DNA of 64,000 bases from Podarcis cretensis (GCA_951804945.1 OX638155.1:71176001-71240000), one strand, 5' to 3'. Shown: positions 37,773 to 51,157, numbered from the stretch's first letter. A program made the numbers and translations. The notes: generated by a model not told the origin, from the letters alone.

Positions 37773-37880
37773 GCTAAATGGGACAACAAGAAAAACGTCA
37801 CAAAAGAAGTCGCAATTAACGCCACCAAAACAATAAGACAAATTAGTAACAGAAGAATTACAAAGAACTGTGTCAATTAA
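37773..37880 (+). CDS. BAALC: BAALC last coding exon
   Basis: CAG|GCT; AKWDNKKNVTKEVAINATKTIRQISNRRITKNCVN*, BAALC C-terminus RRITKNCVN; spliced CDS 459 nt = 152 aa. Confidence 0.94.
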   Translation, partial: AKWDNKKNVTKEVAINATKTIRQISNRRITKNCVN

Positions 37881-38231
37881 AAGAGCCAAAGGAGAAGATG
37901 ACTGAATTCTGCAATATTTTGCTGCACTTTAACTGATAACTTAATGTGAAGATCTCAAGATGTTTTATTTTTCATGCTGAATGTAGTGGACATCTGCTGC
38001 TGAGTGCCTTTGGAAAAACCGCTATCCTTGCTCTAAACTGCTGCCAGCATTGGACGCTTTTTGTTTCTATATTGCCATACTGGTGAGGCTGGGCCAGCAA
38101 TTAGAACATAATGTGTTTGGATTTTATACATTGCCATTTAAGTAATTAATATCACATAAAAATGTATACCAAAATATTTCAGGAACACTCAATCCCTCAC
38201 AAATTGCACCTGACACATCTGTTTTTAGGTA

Positions 38232-39091
38232 CATGTGTGAGTGTCTGGAGGCGGTTGGAGGGTGGATGGCGGCTAACAGATTGAGGTTGAATCCTGACAA
38301 GACAGAAGTACTGTTTTTGGAGGACAGGAGGCGGGTAGGTGTGGAGGACTCCCTGGTCCTGAATGGGGTAACTGTGCCCCTGAAGGACCAGGTGTGCAGC
38401 CTGGTAGTTATTCTGGACTCACAGCTGTCCATTGGAGGCGCAGGTCAATTCTGTGTCTAGGGCAGCTGTTTATCAGCTCCATCTGGTACACAGGCTGAGA
38501 CCCTACCTGCCCGCGGACTGTCTTGCCAGAGTGGTGCATGCTCTAGTTATCTCTTGCTTGGACTACTGCAATGTGCTCTATGTGGGGCTACCTTTGAAGG
38601 TGACCCGGAAACTACAACTAATCCAGAATGCGGCAGGTTGACTGGTGACTGGGAGCGGCTGCCGAGACCACAAAACACTGGTCTTGAAAGACCTACACTG
38701 GCTCCCAGTACGTTTCCGAGCACAATTCAAAGTGTTGGTGCTGACCTTTAAAGCCCTAAATGGCCTTGGCCCAGTACACCTGAAGGAGTGTCTCCACCCC
38801 CATTGTTCTGACCGGACACTGAGGTCCAGTGCCGAGGGCCTTCTGGTGGTTCTCTCGCTGTGAGAAGCCAAGTTACAGGGGAACCAGGCAGAGGGCCTTC
38901 TTGGTAGTGGCACCCGCCCTGTGGACCGCCTCCCACCAGATGTCAAAGAGAAAAACAACTACCAGACTTTTAGAAGACATCTGAAGGCAGCCCTGTTTAG
39001 GGAAACTTTTAATGTTTAATAGACTATTGTATTTTAATATTCTGTTGGAAGCTGCCCAGAGTGGCTAGGGAAACACAGCCAGATGGGCGGG

Positions 39092-39127
<36 letters not shown>
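38232..39127 (+). mobile_element. L2 (CR1-group) LINE, 5'-truncated RT C-terminal fragment with (TTA)n tail
   Basis: WMAANRLRLNPDKTEVL...LDYCNVLYVGLP...LQLIQNAA...LHWLPVRFRAQFK; frameshift and stops present. Confidence 0.9.
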
Positions 39128-39130
<3 letters not shown>

Positions 39131-39937
39131 GAAAGTTGAGCTTTCATGCAGCCTTTCTGTGGTTGGCACTTCAGTTCAGTTTGCACATCAAATGATTTCC
39201 ATCCTGATCCTAAAGATGTTCACTACAATGGCTGTGTACAGATTTGCAGGTTCTGTTGTTTATCTCAGTGGCATGCTGGGTGAGCCGTATAATAATGGTC
39301 TGATTTGCTATACCATATGAGACTTACGATGTAACTGATGGCCAAGGTTTGTGATGGCATAGATAGGTTTAATGTAGCTGAAATACATGTAAGAACTGTG
39401 GTACTCTAACTTTGCCTGCTTCTGTGTCATATAGCAGCTTTGCACTGTGTGGCAACGATATGCCTGCAAATTGGGATCTCCCACAACTCACTGAAAAAAG
39501 GCAATTGATCTTGTGTCTCCTTTATCACTTATATTTTCAAAAGGAATTTGTGTATACATTTGCTACTGAAGTCTCTAAATTTTAAACAAACAGATTTGTT
39601 TTGAAGGAGAGCAAAATTATTCAAATAGTAATCTGAAGGACACAACTTCATTTTTAAAAAAGTTTTTCTGGCCTATAAATTAATAAAATTTATATGAAAA
39701 GTTAGTGTTTGGTGTCAAATCTATAGAAAAGGCACTTCAATCACAGATGAACAGGCCACTGAGACAAATAAAAAAATGTAACTAATAAAAATGTTTGTAA
39801 ATTGTTTGACTTCTTAAAGAAATTGCTTGAGATGAAAATTCAGTGTTTGAAATCCATATTCAGTTTCTAGGCTTAATAACTGTTGGAGGATTGCTTATTA
39901 AGTTAAGATAACCATTGAATCATAGATCCCTGTATAG

Positions 39938-40063
39938 CAGGCATAGGCAAACTTGGCTCTCAGATGTTTTGGGACCACAACTCCCATCATCCCTGACCAC
40001 TGGTCCTGTTAGCTAGGGATGATGGGAGTTGTAGTCCCAAACATCTGGAGTTTGCCTATGCTG
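39938..40063. mobile_element. Palindromic hAT MITE
   Basis: CAGGCATAGGCAAAC / GTTTGCCTATGCTG termini; TSD-like CTGTATAG / CTGTAGAC. Confidence 0.7.
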
Positions 40064-40228
40064 CTGTAGACTTTACTTAAGACCTGTCTACTCTCAGAGT
40101 GATAAATTCAAATTACAACTGTGTGCAACATATATAATTAGGCTGCAGTCAGGATGCTTCAAGAGTGCTTATACTCAAAGTTGGCAGCTGCAATACTCTC
40201 CAAGCTTACTTGGAAGTAAGCCCTAGAA

Positions 40229-40364
40229 CAGTGTTTCCCAACCTTTGGTCTCTAGCTGTTTTTGGACTACACTTCCCATCATCCCTGACCACTGGTCTTG
40301 CTCGCTAAGTATGATGGGAGTTGTAGTCCAAAAACAGCTGGAGACCCAAGGTTGGGAAACACTG
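40229..40364. mobile_element. Palindromic hAT MITE
   Basis: TIRs CAGTGTTTCCCAACCTT / AAGGTTGGGAAACACTG; perfect 8-bp TSD CCCTAGAA. Confidence 0.88.
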
Positions 40365-41785
40365 CCCTAGAACACATGATTCTATGGATTATGTCATATC
40401 TGCCAATTTAGAATGTGTGTTTATTTATTGTATTTATTATATACTGATTAATATTTCTAAGCAGTGCAAGTAAAATTACAAAAAAATAAAAATAAACCAT
40501 GCATAGAATAACAATTAAAAAATCATAATAAACCCAACACCACTTTAAAATGCCTGTTGAAATAAGAAAGCACTTGTCATATACCTGAAGCTCAGCAAGG
40601 AGGGTGCCTGTCTAATCTCAGACACACTAGTCATATCTATAATAAAATAAAAAGTTAATTTTGTTGGTTGAATAAGAGGGAAATATTCATAGCCTCTCCT
40701 TGTTCCGTATCTCTGTGATCACTGCTCCCACCAACTTCCCCATTTCTTACTTTAGACTGCAATCTTAAAGTTAGAGAAAGACAGAAATCTACCCCCCAAG
40801 GGGAACATGTCCACAACCCATAGTGCACAAATCTACTGCAATGTAGTTGCAATGAGCATATAATAGTTCCTCTATGTATATATACAGCCTTTGATAATTA
40901 ATTTCTTCTCCATAGCTTGAAAGAGTTTCTGTGGCTAGCTTCTAATCACCGATGCACAGAACACACTTGACAGACTGTCTTTTCCTATTTTGATTCAATG
41001 CCCAGAGACCTGACGAAGCAACTGACTTGTTTGTTGTTGAAAAGGATTAATACTGCAAAGTGGTGGTTTTCAAAAGTGCCAAAATAAAATAATTGGTGAG
41101 AAAAGGAAACAATGAAGTCTCAGTCTGCAGTGAACCACACAGGAGCACGTGGGCTTTTAAAACAAAACATGCCTTGCAAGAACAGCCAAACTGAAGGGGA
41201 GGTTATGGTAGAGAATTTGTAATTATATGAGCATATCCCGGTTGAATGCTGATTAAACTGGACTAGGTTTAGTGTGAAATCCCCTCTATATATCACTATA
41301 ATGATGCTGTGCTGTAACAGCTGCTCTGCTGACAAAATCATACATCAGGGGTGATGAACCTGTAGCCCTCCAGATGTCTTTGGACTACAATTCCCATTAT
41401 CCCTGACCATTGTTCATGCTGGCTGATGCTGATGGAATTTGATCAAGAACAGAAGGGCTACAAGCTCAATGCCACACACCCCATGTGCAAGTTATGGTAG
41501 ATGCTTTTTCTGGAAAACAAAATGAGCAGATGCACAAGTAAATATGGTTCCCTGCATGTTTCAAAGGCCTCTTGATGTTTCTTTATAAACACCAGTCCAG
41601 AGCAGTTTTTAATGAAGAAGCATTAAACATTTCCATTTTTATATATTCTTAGGGATTCAGCATCCAACCTAACATATTTAGGAAACAAAATTACATATAA
41701 TATTTCCTCCATGGTCAAAAGAAAACATGGGTCACATCCTGCTACAAATAAAATTCACTTTGGCAGGTGGACTATATTACATATA

Positions 41786-42026
41786 CAATGCTACCTCAGG
41801 TTAAGTACTTAATTCATTCCGGAGGTCCGTTCTTAACCTGAAACTGTTCTTAACCTGAAGACCACTTTAGCTAATGGGGCCTCCTGCTACCGCTGCGCCA
41901 CCGTAGCACGATTTCTGTTCTCATCCTGAAGCAAAGTTCTTAACCCGAGGTACTATTTCTGGGTTAGCAGAGTCTGTAACCTGAAGCGCATGTAACCTGA
42001 AGCATATGTAACCTGAGGTACTACTG
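41786..42026. mobile_element. Tigger/mariner-type MITE
   Basis: TA-CAATGCTACCTCAGGTTA ... TAACCTGAGGTACTACTG-TA; repeated TAACCTGAA motifs. Confidence 0.8.
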
Positions 42027-44337
42027 TAAACATTTGGGGTAATCAAAATGAAAGTGGTGCTATTTCTAGTTTCCTCAAAATGCATTGGGAACCGTATGTA
42101 CTTAATCCAACTGTTCATTTCAAAATGGACATTTTCCACCTGGGGTTGCAAATCCTTGGCCTTTAAGTGCTCTTTATAATTATGGGCAGAGTAAAGTTTA
42201 GCAGGAAAAAAATAAACATTTCTTCCCCCAAAAGCTATTCCCAAAGTTCCTAGGTTTTATTTTATTCTGCTCCAAAGCGTAAGAATGTTCCTAATTCTTT
42301 TCTTTCATCTCTTGGCCATGAAGGGAGTGTTGTGTTGTGTTCTGAGAGGACAGAGTCACAAGTGAAGTTTCAGCAGGAGAACTTGTTAATTGCTTCTGGC
42401 CTTGATCCAGCTCTTAATTGTGCATAACAGCTGGTGGGGCTGGGTGGGGGTGTGCAATGCCAGCTGCATCAAAGGACACATCCACCCATCAGCAGGGCCT
42501 TGGTGAGCAATGCAATGTGGTTGTGTGATCCAGGTGCGTGTGTGCATCCACTATGCACATGAAAGCTTTCCTCAATACACAGATCTCCCTCGTTGCATGT
42601 GTTTTCATACACAGCGATGCCCAATGGGGTCTAAATAGTTGCTCCGAGAGCAGACTGTATCAAATGTAATTGCAGTAAACAAAGCAAAATGGCAGTTGGA
42701 TACTTGCCTGCTACTCCATTGGTGCAGTAATATTAATGGCCCAGAGAATTGTAGCAGTTGTGGCTTGTGACACCTAGACCGGGGAGACGGCACCAAGGAG
42801 CTAAAAATAAAAATGCAAAAAAATAATGTCAATAACTGCAACAACAAAAACCCCTCTGAAATATCCCAGCCCAAGAGTCTGTTCACCAGCCTCAGCTGCT
42901 TCTTCTTTTTGAGTCAGTCAGGATTCCACCCTCCCATGCCAAGTGCAAAAAGTTCTGCAAGGAAGGGAGCAGGTCTTCCAGGACTTAGATGTCTCCATTA
43001 TTGCTTGAATCACAGGTGGCCAAAGAGGGCTTGGTCCCTATATCATTTTTAGTGGCCCGCTGAGCTACTGTTTTTAAAGGGCTACAGACTGGCTAAAATG
43101 GGAGTGAGCTAGGTTATGGAACTTGTATATTTCTTTAAGGGCCATTCTAATTTTCTTCGCAAAATTCAAGAATTTATGGTTTCCAGAAACATCGGTGAAA
43201 AAAGAACAGACAGTTGTGGAGCACATAGCCTTTGCCTTACTTATGGTAATGCTAAGTCAGGGTTCAAAACTGGAGGAGGATAACCACCTTTAAAATATGC
43301 TCTAAGAGTCTGCAGAACTATGGATTTTTTTTTTGCTGTATGCAAACGCACATCTTTCAAGTTCTTTGTTTTTTAAAATCAGGTGTGACAGCAAATTCAG
43401 CCAAAAATAGGCACAAAATTTCATGTTGAATTGCTTCCGTTTGGTCTCTGCTGTACAGGGCAGTGGAAACATCTAGTTACAGTGTTGCTGCCAAAGGCTA
43501 CCGATATCCTGGGGATTGGGAATGGATCAAGTCAATCACTTGATCCAGGAACCACACAGAACGGTATTGCAGGCATATCCCTTGGTGGCTAGTGATGCTA
43601 CAGCTGTGATTTTTTTCAGAGATTTAAATCTGGAAAATGTTACAGCTTCCCAGGATTATTGGAAGTTGAAGGGATTTTAATATGCAGCTAAAGTGTTTTA
43701 AATCAACCTAATAAAATAATTATTAAAGCATTCTTTTAGCATAATTAACACCTTTGAACTGCCCGGTTGAAATACAGGTTTTAATTGCTAGAACACTGTG
43801 GTAGATGCCCAACCGTGAAGCTCCTGTTGTGGCAAATCTAATGAGAATGGATTTTCTGTTTCTCGTTTCATCACCTCACCAGTACTTTTTAGAAAAAAGC
43901 ATACCCAAAATGTCAGAAAAATCATATCAAATAAATTAATAGTCTTTTCTGTTGTGTTGGGAGGGGGAATAGATGGGCAAACTATTTCTAAAAAACACAC
44001 AGGACCAGTTTCCTGTGGCGTTTCCAGATTTTGAAGCAATCTGCTTCCAGCAGTTTCTCAAGGCATATTCATTATTTATTATGCTCATTAAGTAAACAGC
44101 TTCTCAAGCAAGGTTTAAGGATTTTATTCAATTCTCTGATGCCCCCCACGAGCCACAGCTAAGATTTCATGTTTTGCAGATATAGTTCTTATTGTACTTC
44201 CTCTGTGTTTGCTCCAAAATTGATTTTAGGATTTGATGCTCTCAGGGAAGGCTTGGGCAGAACTAGACATTATCTTGGCAAATGTGCAGCCCCTGGCTGT
44301 GTTTGCTGGCACAATGGGAATTCAGAGTTAGGAGGAG

Positions 44338-44581
44338 CAGGGCCGGATTTAGGTTTGAAGAGGCCCCAAGCTACTGAAGGTAAGGGGGCCCTTTATATGT
44401 CCAGCTGTCCTTTGTCAACGACAAATGGCTGCTGTTTATTGTTGTATGTAGGTTTTATTTTGTTTTTTATCTTATATTTTGGAAATGTACATCCAGTTTT
44501 TCCGCCTTTAAATCTTTTGGGGGGCCCCAAGAGAGTGGGGCCCTAAGCTATAGCTTGTTTAGCTTATATGTAAATCCAGCA
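44338..44581. mobile_element. hAT-like non-autonomous element
   Basis: Termini CAGGGCCGGATTTA / TAAATCCAGC (right end degenerate). Confidence 0.55.
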
Positions 44582-46737
44582 GAGGCACTTACAGGGGCCA
44601 CAGAAAGTAAATTATCTGAGGGCTACGGTCTTGTCTACTGTTTAAAGCTTAGCACGGAAATAGAAATATTAAATAATATGACAAAGATCTTGATCCAGAT
44701 ACACACATATATTGTCAGAAGCAGCATTTTGTAGTCAGATGTGCCTCAGATCATATGTTTCCAGTGGCATGTTATAGTCCAGACCTGTGTGGGATATATT
44801 TTCTATCAGATTATTTATTTACACATTATTTGTTTTCTTTACTGCATTTATAGACCACCTTCCTGATAAGGCATTAAAGATTAAGTTACAAAAGACAAAA
44901 TAATGAAACAGTAGACTTCTGTCAGCCACTGGTGATCTCTTTGGGAGCCGATGGTATGAGAGTCCTGATTTGGGCTTCTTCTCTTCAACTTTCCTCATAT
45001 CAAAGTTTTTACGTATGGCATTTCATGGAAAGGCAGATAAGGATCATTGTCAGTGGCCGCTTTGGGAGCAGATGGCATGAACTCCTCACCCTACAATTCT
45101 TCTGCATGAATCTTTGATAGTAAGGAGCCTATTAAAATGCTCACATTTTGGCCATCTCTTTATACTGGCATTTAATGGACCAATGACACCAAATCTTGAA
45201 ACCAAACATTACATGCAAAAACTGAAGCTTTGGTAATGTGAATCCAATCATCTCTACCAGTTTGCCATAGGAGCTTGAAGTATCAGGTTGCTCCAAGTGG
45301 GCGTTAAAACAGAACAATTTACTAAGTAAGTCTGTAAGTAGCAGATGGGTTGCAAAGTAAGGACAGAATATAATTTGGGAACTTGGCTTGTAAAATGTTT
45401 AGGGGATAACCATTCTAGCAAGTGTAGACACTCAGGCAATTGCATGAAAATGTCTACCTACACACTCATTTTTATTTTTCATAGATTGTTAACTTGTTCT
45501 GTATCATTTTAAAGATAGTTTTCCTAAGTTTCCTTATATGGCAACAGTTTTTCAAAATGGCATGTTGCATGTGAGTAAAGCTACCACAAGTGTGACATGC
45601 AAAATGACTCGGAATTGCACTGAAAGTGGCTCTTGAGAGCTTTACCTTTACCTAAAAGAAGCCTCTTCTATAATTTGTTCAGATCCTCAGGAGCTTAAGA
45701 AACAGCTGGAGGGTTTTATTGCTATTTGTGTTGAAAAGACAAAATATTGATCATTTCTGTCATCATCTGTGTTGGCTATCTCCCAAAGCAATGTTGTATT
45801 GATTGTTCTGTTTCAGAAACCCTGATTTTGGTGTGTGTTTTTAGTACTTTCCAAGCTACAAAACAGAACTGCAAAGCTTTGTCAATACCAGAGTCTACAA
45901 TATACTGCAGTAAAAGCATTACTTTTCTTTATCCTCGGGTTGTTTGGTTTCATTTGTTTGCTTTGCATGCAACTAGTGTAGATTTTAGCTGTGAGCAAAC
46001 TCTCTATATACTATACTACACACACACACCTCAATTTTCTTTTTTGATTTTTTGTTTTAATTTAATATAAGATACACAATATACAAAAAATTATTCTCCC
46101 CCCCCCCCCGGTGCCATACCTTGTGTAACCAAAACAGCACCACACACACACAATAGGAAGGTATTGGCATATTTGGGAAAAATTTGTGGTTTGCAGAAGT
46201 ACTAAAACGTCAGCGGAAAAACCTAAAGAGGAAAAGTTCTCAAAAATAACTCAGTGAGGACTAATATATTCGGGGTCTACAAAATACTGCCTGGCTGCTG
46301 GAGAAAATAAAAGAAAAACTGGAGAGATAATACTATGGGGAAAGTAAATAGCTCCCATTGAGTTTAATGGCACTTACTCACAGGTAAGTGGTTATTGGGT
46401 TGCACCTTAAATGTGACAGAAAAATTGAGTGTCAAAACACAAAAACTGAGTGTCTGTTCAGCTTTGCAGCTGACATTCAGCAGATTTATTGGTGCCACCT
46501 ACTGGTCCTTTAAAGTTTTTCTGTTGAATCTAGAGAAATTAAAAGCAATGCCTAAATGACAAATTGATTAAAATAACATTGGGATTAAATTAAATTATAA
46601 GTTTTTTTTGTTTTGTGTTTTTAAAAGGATCTGCCATAAGGGAAAAGGAGACAAGACTTTGTGGTTGTTGGTTTTTTGCAATAGGCATAACAAGGTATGT
46701 AGTTGTACCCAGCTGCACCCTACTGCAGATGTAGATA

Positions 46738-47090
46738 CAGTGGTGCCCCGCAAGATGAACGCCTCGCAAGACGGAAAACCCGCTAGACGAAAGGGTTTTC
46801 CGTTTTGGAGGCGCTTCGCAAAATGAATTTCCCTATGGGCTTGCTTCGCAAGACGAAAATGTCTTGCGAGTTCCTGCGGGTTTTTTCCCCTCCCCCCCTT
46901 TTCCTAAGCCCTAAGCCGCTTATCAGCTGATCTGCTGATAAGCCGCTTATCAGCTGATCTGCTAATAGCCGCTAAACCGCTAATAGCGCTAATCCACTAA
47001 GCTGTCAATGGGCTTGCTTCGCAAGACGAAAAAACCACTATACGAAGAGCCTCACGGAACGGATTAATTTCGTCTTGCGAGGCACCACTG
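46738..47090. mobile_element. Tigger/mariner-type MITE, CpG-rich
   Basis: TIRs CAGTGGTGCCCCGCAAGATGAA / TTCGTCTTGCGAGGCACCACTG, TA TSD, repeated TCGCAAGACGAA motifs. Confidence 0.88.
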
Positions 47091-49299
47091 TACCCAATAA
47101 AGTAGACTTGAGGCTTCACTGTGAATGAAAGGATGTCCATGTGTGAAAGAGTGTGCAGAATAATTCTGAAAAAGAGAGGGAATTGGGGAAAATGAGCTCA
47201 TTTATAGGTAATAAGAGCAAATTAATTGTCTTAGGAGTGTCCTGTTGGACAGAAAACTGGGTTCAGAAGAGTGATTTTGTGTTCTGGGGCTCAGGTCCTG
47301 GCTATGCCTTGAGATTATCAATGTTTACAAAATAACAGCCATTTTGTGACTAGCCATGGCCATGGCAGCCATTTCACAACAGTTTTTAAAATCTCCAAAT
47401 GTGCCCACAAGTTCAAAAAGACTGGTGACCTATTTCTTGCTCAACTCCAGCCATTAACAACTATTGTAAGAAATGCCACTATTTCTAAGTTGCAATCAAA
47501 ATAAAAGCCATCAAAACAACAGATAATGCTCCTCTGTTAGGTCTTCATTTTCTCATCCCTACATTTTATTATCTAAACAGCCAAATCTTTAAAAATGGTT
47601 TTAGCTACCTAGTAGTGCAAAGTAAGGACTTGCACTACGATAGTTAAAACATGGTTCGGTTGCTGGCAAAGCAGGAGAAAAATAATATATTTATTGTGAT
47701 TCTGCAGTTCTATAAATTATCTCGTCTATAAATGTTACAACCATCATCTTACTTGTGTGCATCAGCCCCATCTATACAAGGCCAAGCCCTGTGAGTCCCA
47801 AATTGACCTGGGTAAGGCTCTGGCACTGAATAATCTTGTCTCAGTGCCATCACCTTCCAGTTTGTAATTATGTGTTGGAGTGCCTCTTTCCAGATCTCAA
47901 AGCACTATACTGATGCTAATGAAGGTTTGTAGGGGTATTAAATAAAATTATTATCATTCACATTTCATAAAGGCACAGAATGGCAGTTGTGTGACTTGCC
48001 CAAGGCTACACAACAAGTCTGTGGCAGAACTGGTTGAGCAACACAGGAGCCTCACATTTCAGTTTTGTGGTGATAATTATTGCAACAATGAAAGGAGAGT
48101 TTAGCATGCCACTGACCTTTTGGGAGAGGGCTTCTTTGTTCTGTTTTGGGGTATTTTTAACCCACCTTTGTGTCAAAGGTCCCCTAGGTGGCAAATGATA
48201 CAATAATCACAATTACAATGAAAGATAACAAATAAACAAAAACCGGGTAAAATAATGTTAGAATCACAAGATAATTTAAACCATCTGGGCACGTAAGGGC
48301 TTTGTCTGGTTCTAAAATAATGTTAAGGTAGGTGTCAGGTAGGCAGATACTTAAGTTCCAAGCCATGATCAAAACCAGCACTTTACATTGAGATAGATAG
48401 TGGGCAGCTCTCCAGGCTATTCTGTCTTTCTCATCCTCTCAGGGCAAAATTTGAAGGCAATTTGAAGGCAAAGATGAAGCAATGAGACATTTTTGGAGGA
48501 AAGGGATTAATGAGAACAGCCAGAGGTGGATTTAGGGCGGCATGACCAGTTCCACCACACTGGCTGTAGGGTCTAGGAGGCACTGAGCAGAACAGAAGAA
48601 AAGAGGCGGGCACGGGAAACCCACAAGGCCTGATCCTTTGTACATTTACTCAGAAGTAAATCCCACTGAATTAAATTGGATTTACCCCTAGGCCACAAAA
48701 CACGAGGCTGAACAGTTCCTATTTACTTGTCCTTAAATTGAAGAAGGGGGCTCAACATATTGCTATTTTATTATACTTTAAAAGTGTGGGTTCCCAAAGT
48801 TCAATATATTTTAATATCTCAAATGTTTTAAATTAATTTCTCTGGCATCCTATTTACATTTGGAACTACATTCCTATTTATCCAAACCAGAACTACGGCT
48901 AAGATTTCCTTTAGTCTTAGAAAGAAACACTCTCTACGTCGCTCTCAATAGATTTACTTCAAAATAATAATCATAAAAAATAAACGAACAATCGTCTTGA
49001 TTTCAATGACAAATAGGCATCTGAGTTGTTTCCACTTTCCGGTCTGCTGACACCGGGAGCCAACATTTCGCCCAATACCAAGCTGGGTTGAAACAAAATG
49101 CAGAATGAGGAGACACCGTCGGTGTGCGGGTTAACAGCAAAGTGCACTCTGGCATTTTGGCATGCAGGTGAAGAATATCATTTGCCCACCTTTAAAAAAA
49201 AAAAAGAAATAGCACAGAAGGAAGATAAGCTTGTGATCTCGTAGTCCTCCCTCTTCACTAAGCTAATTTCCTACTTTCAGAGGTTTATCTGCCTTTAAA

Positions 49300-49950
49300 A
49301 AAAAAAAAAAGCGGAGGAGCCTTAGAAACGCGATTCCTCCTCTCTCGTGGTCATTTCCACCCCTTTTCCCCCCACGAGGGGAAGGGGAAGAGACGGTGGT
49401 GAGGCGCCGCCATCTTGGCGGAGAGGAGAGAGGGGGAGGCGGGAGCGGGGAGGGGATCCGGGTGGCCCGAAGAAGGTGCGCCAGCACCGCCCCTTCGCCC
49501 TTCTCACCGGTAGTTCAAATATCGCGCGATTCTTCTAGCACCACCACCACCACCACCTCCCTGTCTCGGCTGGCCCTGCATTCTGCCTCCGAAAGGACCC
49601 GTGAGCCCGCGCGGCCGTTGGCGCCCTGAGGCGAGTCCAGGTGAGGCGCCGGCTCTCTGCCAAGCGGCTCAGGTGAGGGACGGGGGCGTGGCTTGGCGCC
49701 CAGCTGCCCGCCCCCCGCCCCCTCCGCTGTGGTTTCTTCCCGTCTGAGGGACCCGACGGGACGGGGTAACGACGACGCCTTGTGTTGGCATGTGGGGCGG
49801 CCGCCGAATAGAGGCAGGTGGGAGAGTGTTTCTTCTTCTTCTTCTTCTCCTCCTGCGCTGAGGGCGGCGTTGGAGAAGTATAAGAGGCCGTTTGTTTGGA
49901 GGACTTAATTAAATCCGGGTTTTCTGTTCCTCTCTACGTCCTCAGCATCT
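49300..49950 (+). promoter_or_regulatory. FZD6 CpG-island promoter with non-coding exon 1
   Basis: CpG-rich; YY1-like CGCCATCTT near 49408; SP/KLF box GGGGCGTGGC near 49683; donor sites CAG|GTGAGG at 49641 and 49673. Confidence 0.8.
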
Positions 49951-51157
49951 TGAAAAAATGCTCCACGGCAGGTAATGCCACTTCGAAGAGCTTTCAGGGC
50001 AAAGTCGTTGGCGGGCTCTCTCGCTTCAAGTCTTCCCCACATGAAATAGCTGCATGAGGACAAGAGGAAAGTCACGAAACGGGGTGTGAGTTTTCCAGAG
50101 CCTTTCTAGCAGGCCGTCTCTAAGGTGGTAAAGCAGGGAGGGGAAATGCTGGCTGCAGTTCAAGCTGTGGAGGCATTGTCGAGGGAAGGAAGGAAGGGAG
50201 TTGGTTTTTGAGGCGGAGAGAGACTCGGTAGTTGCAAAGTGTGGGCGGATTCGGGCTTAAAACGTACCTGTTAGAAGAGAGCGTACCTCTCTCTCTTATT
50301 CATGTTGCAACGCGAGCTTTCTCCCCTCTGAAATGTCTGCCGTCAGCTTAATTGGTATGTAGGCATCTTTCCCTCTTTTGGTTCATCTGTGCGATGAGGA
50401 AGAAGTTTCAGAACTCTCCATTCAGCGCAGCAATGCAAACAGTTCTTTTGCAAACCACATTGTAAACTATAAATGTATTGGCTGTATTGAGGGCCCTCCT
50501 GTAAACTTGTATGTTGACGTTTGCTGCTTATATGGAAGATGTCTAAATTATATGTTTAGAAGTTATGACTGACCTACATTTTGAAAATTGGGGTGTGTCT
50601 TTCAAGTTTCTGATGGTGTTTCTGAGAAATTTACCCTGTGGGGTTTAGTTCTTCGTAACATGTAGTATGTCTTTGTAGCTGCAATCCCAAGTAATCTTCG
50701 TTGAATGTAGTGAGACTTATTTCTGAATGAACATGCATAGGCTTGTACTGTGCAGAATAGTAACTGATTATTAGCTGAGCTATCCTGATTGTCACTGCTG
50801 TCAACGACTGATCCAGTTGTCTTTTGCCTTGAGGAGGTGTAGGGTAATAATAGCCTACCTTATTTCTAAAAGTATTTGTAAGCTTTTGCCTTTTAAAGTT
50901 CTATTTGATGCATTTCAAAGATCTTGAAGCAGTTACAGCTATTGTTAACTGTCCTTTTTTCCTTTACAGTGCGCAAATGGCGAAGTTTATCTTTCAAGTA
51001 ATCGAGACAGGCAGATGAGAATATGAAGAGAAACAGGAAATCGAGTCTTGCCATTTCATTGCAGTCTCTGAGAAATTAAAAAAGGAATATGTGTTTACTT
51101 TGACTGTGAACAAAGTATCCTGTGGAGAAGCTGATCATGACACAACACTGAAGTGAA

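Noticed and set aside
46900-47005. CRISPR-like repeat array
   Set aside because: Eukaryotic context, no unique spacers, lies within MITE TIRs.
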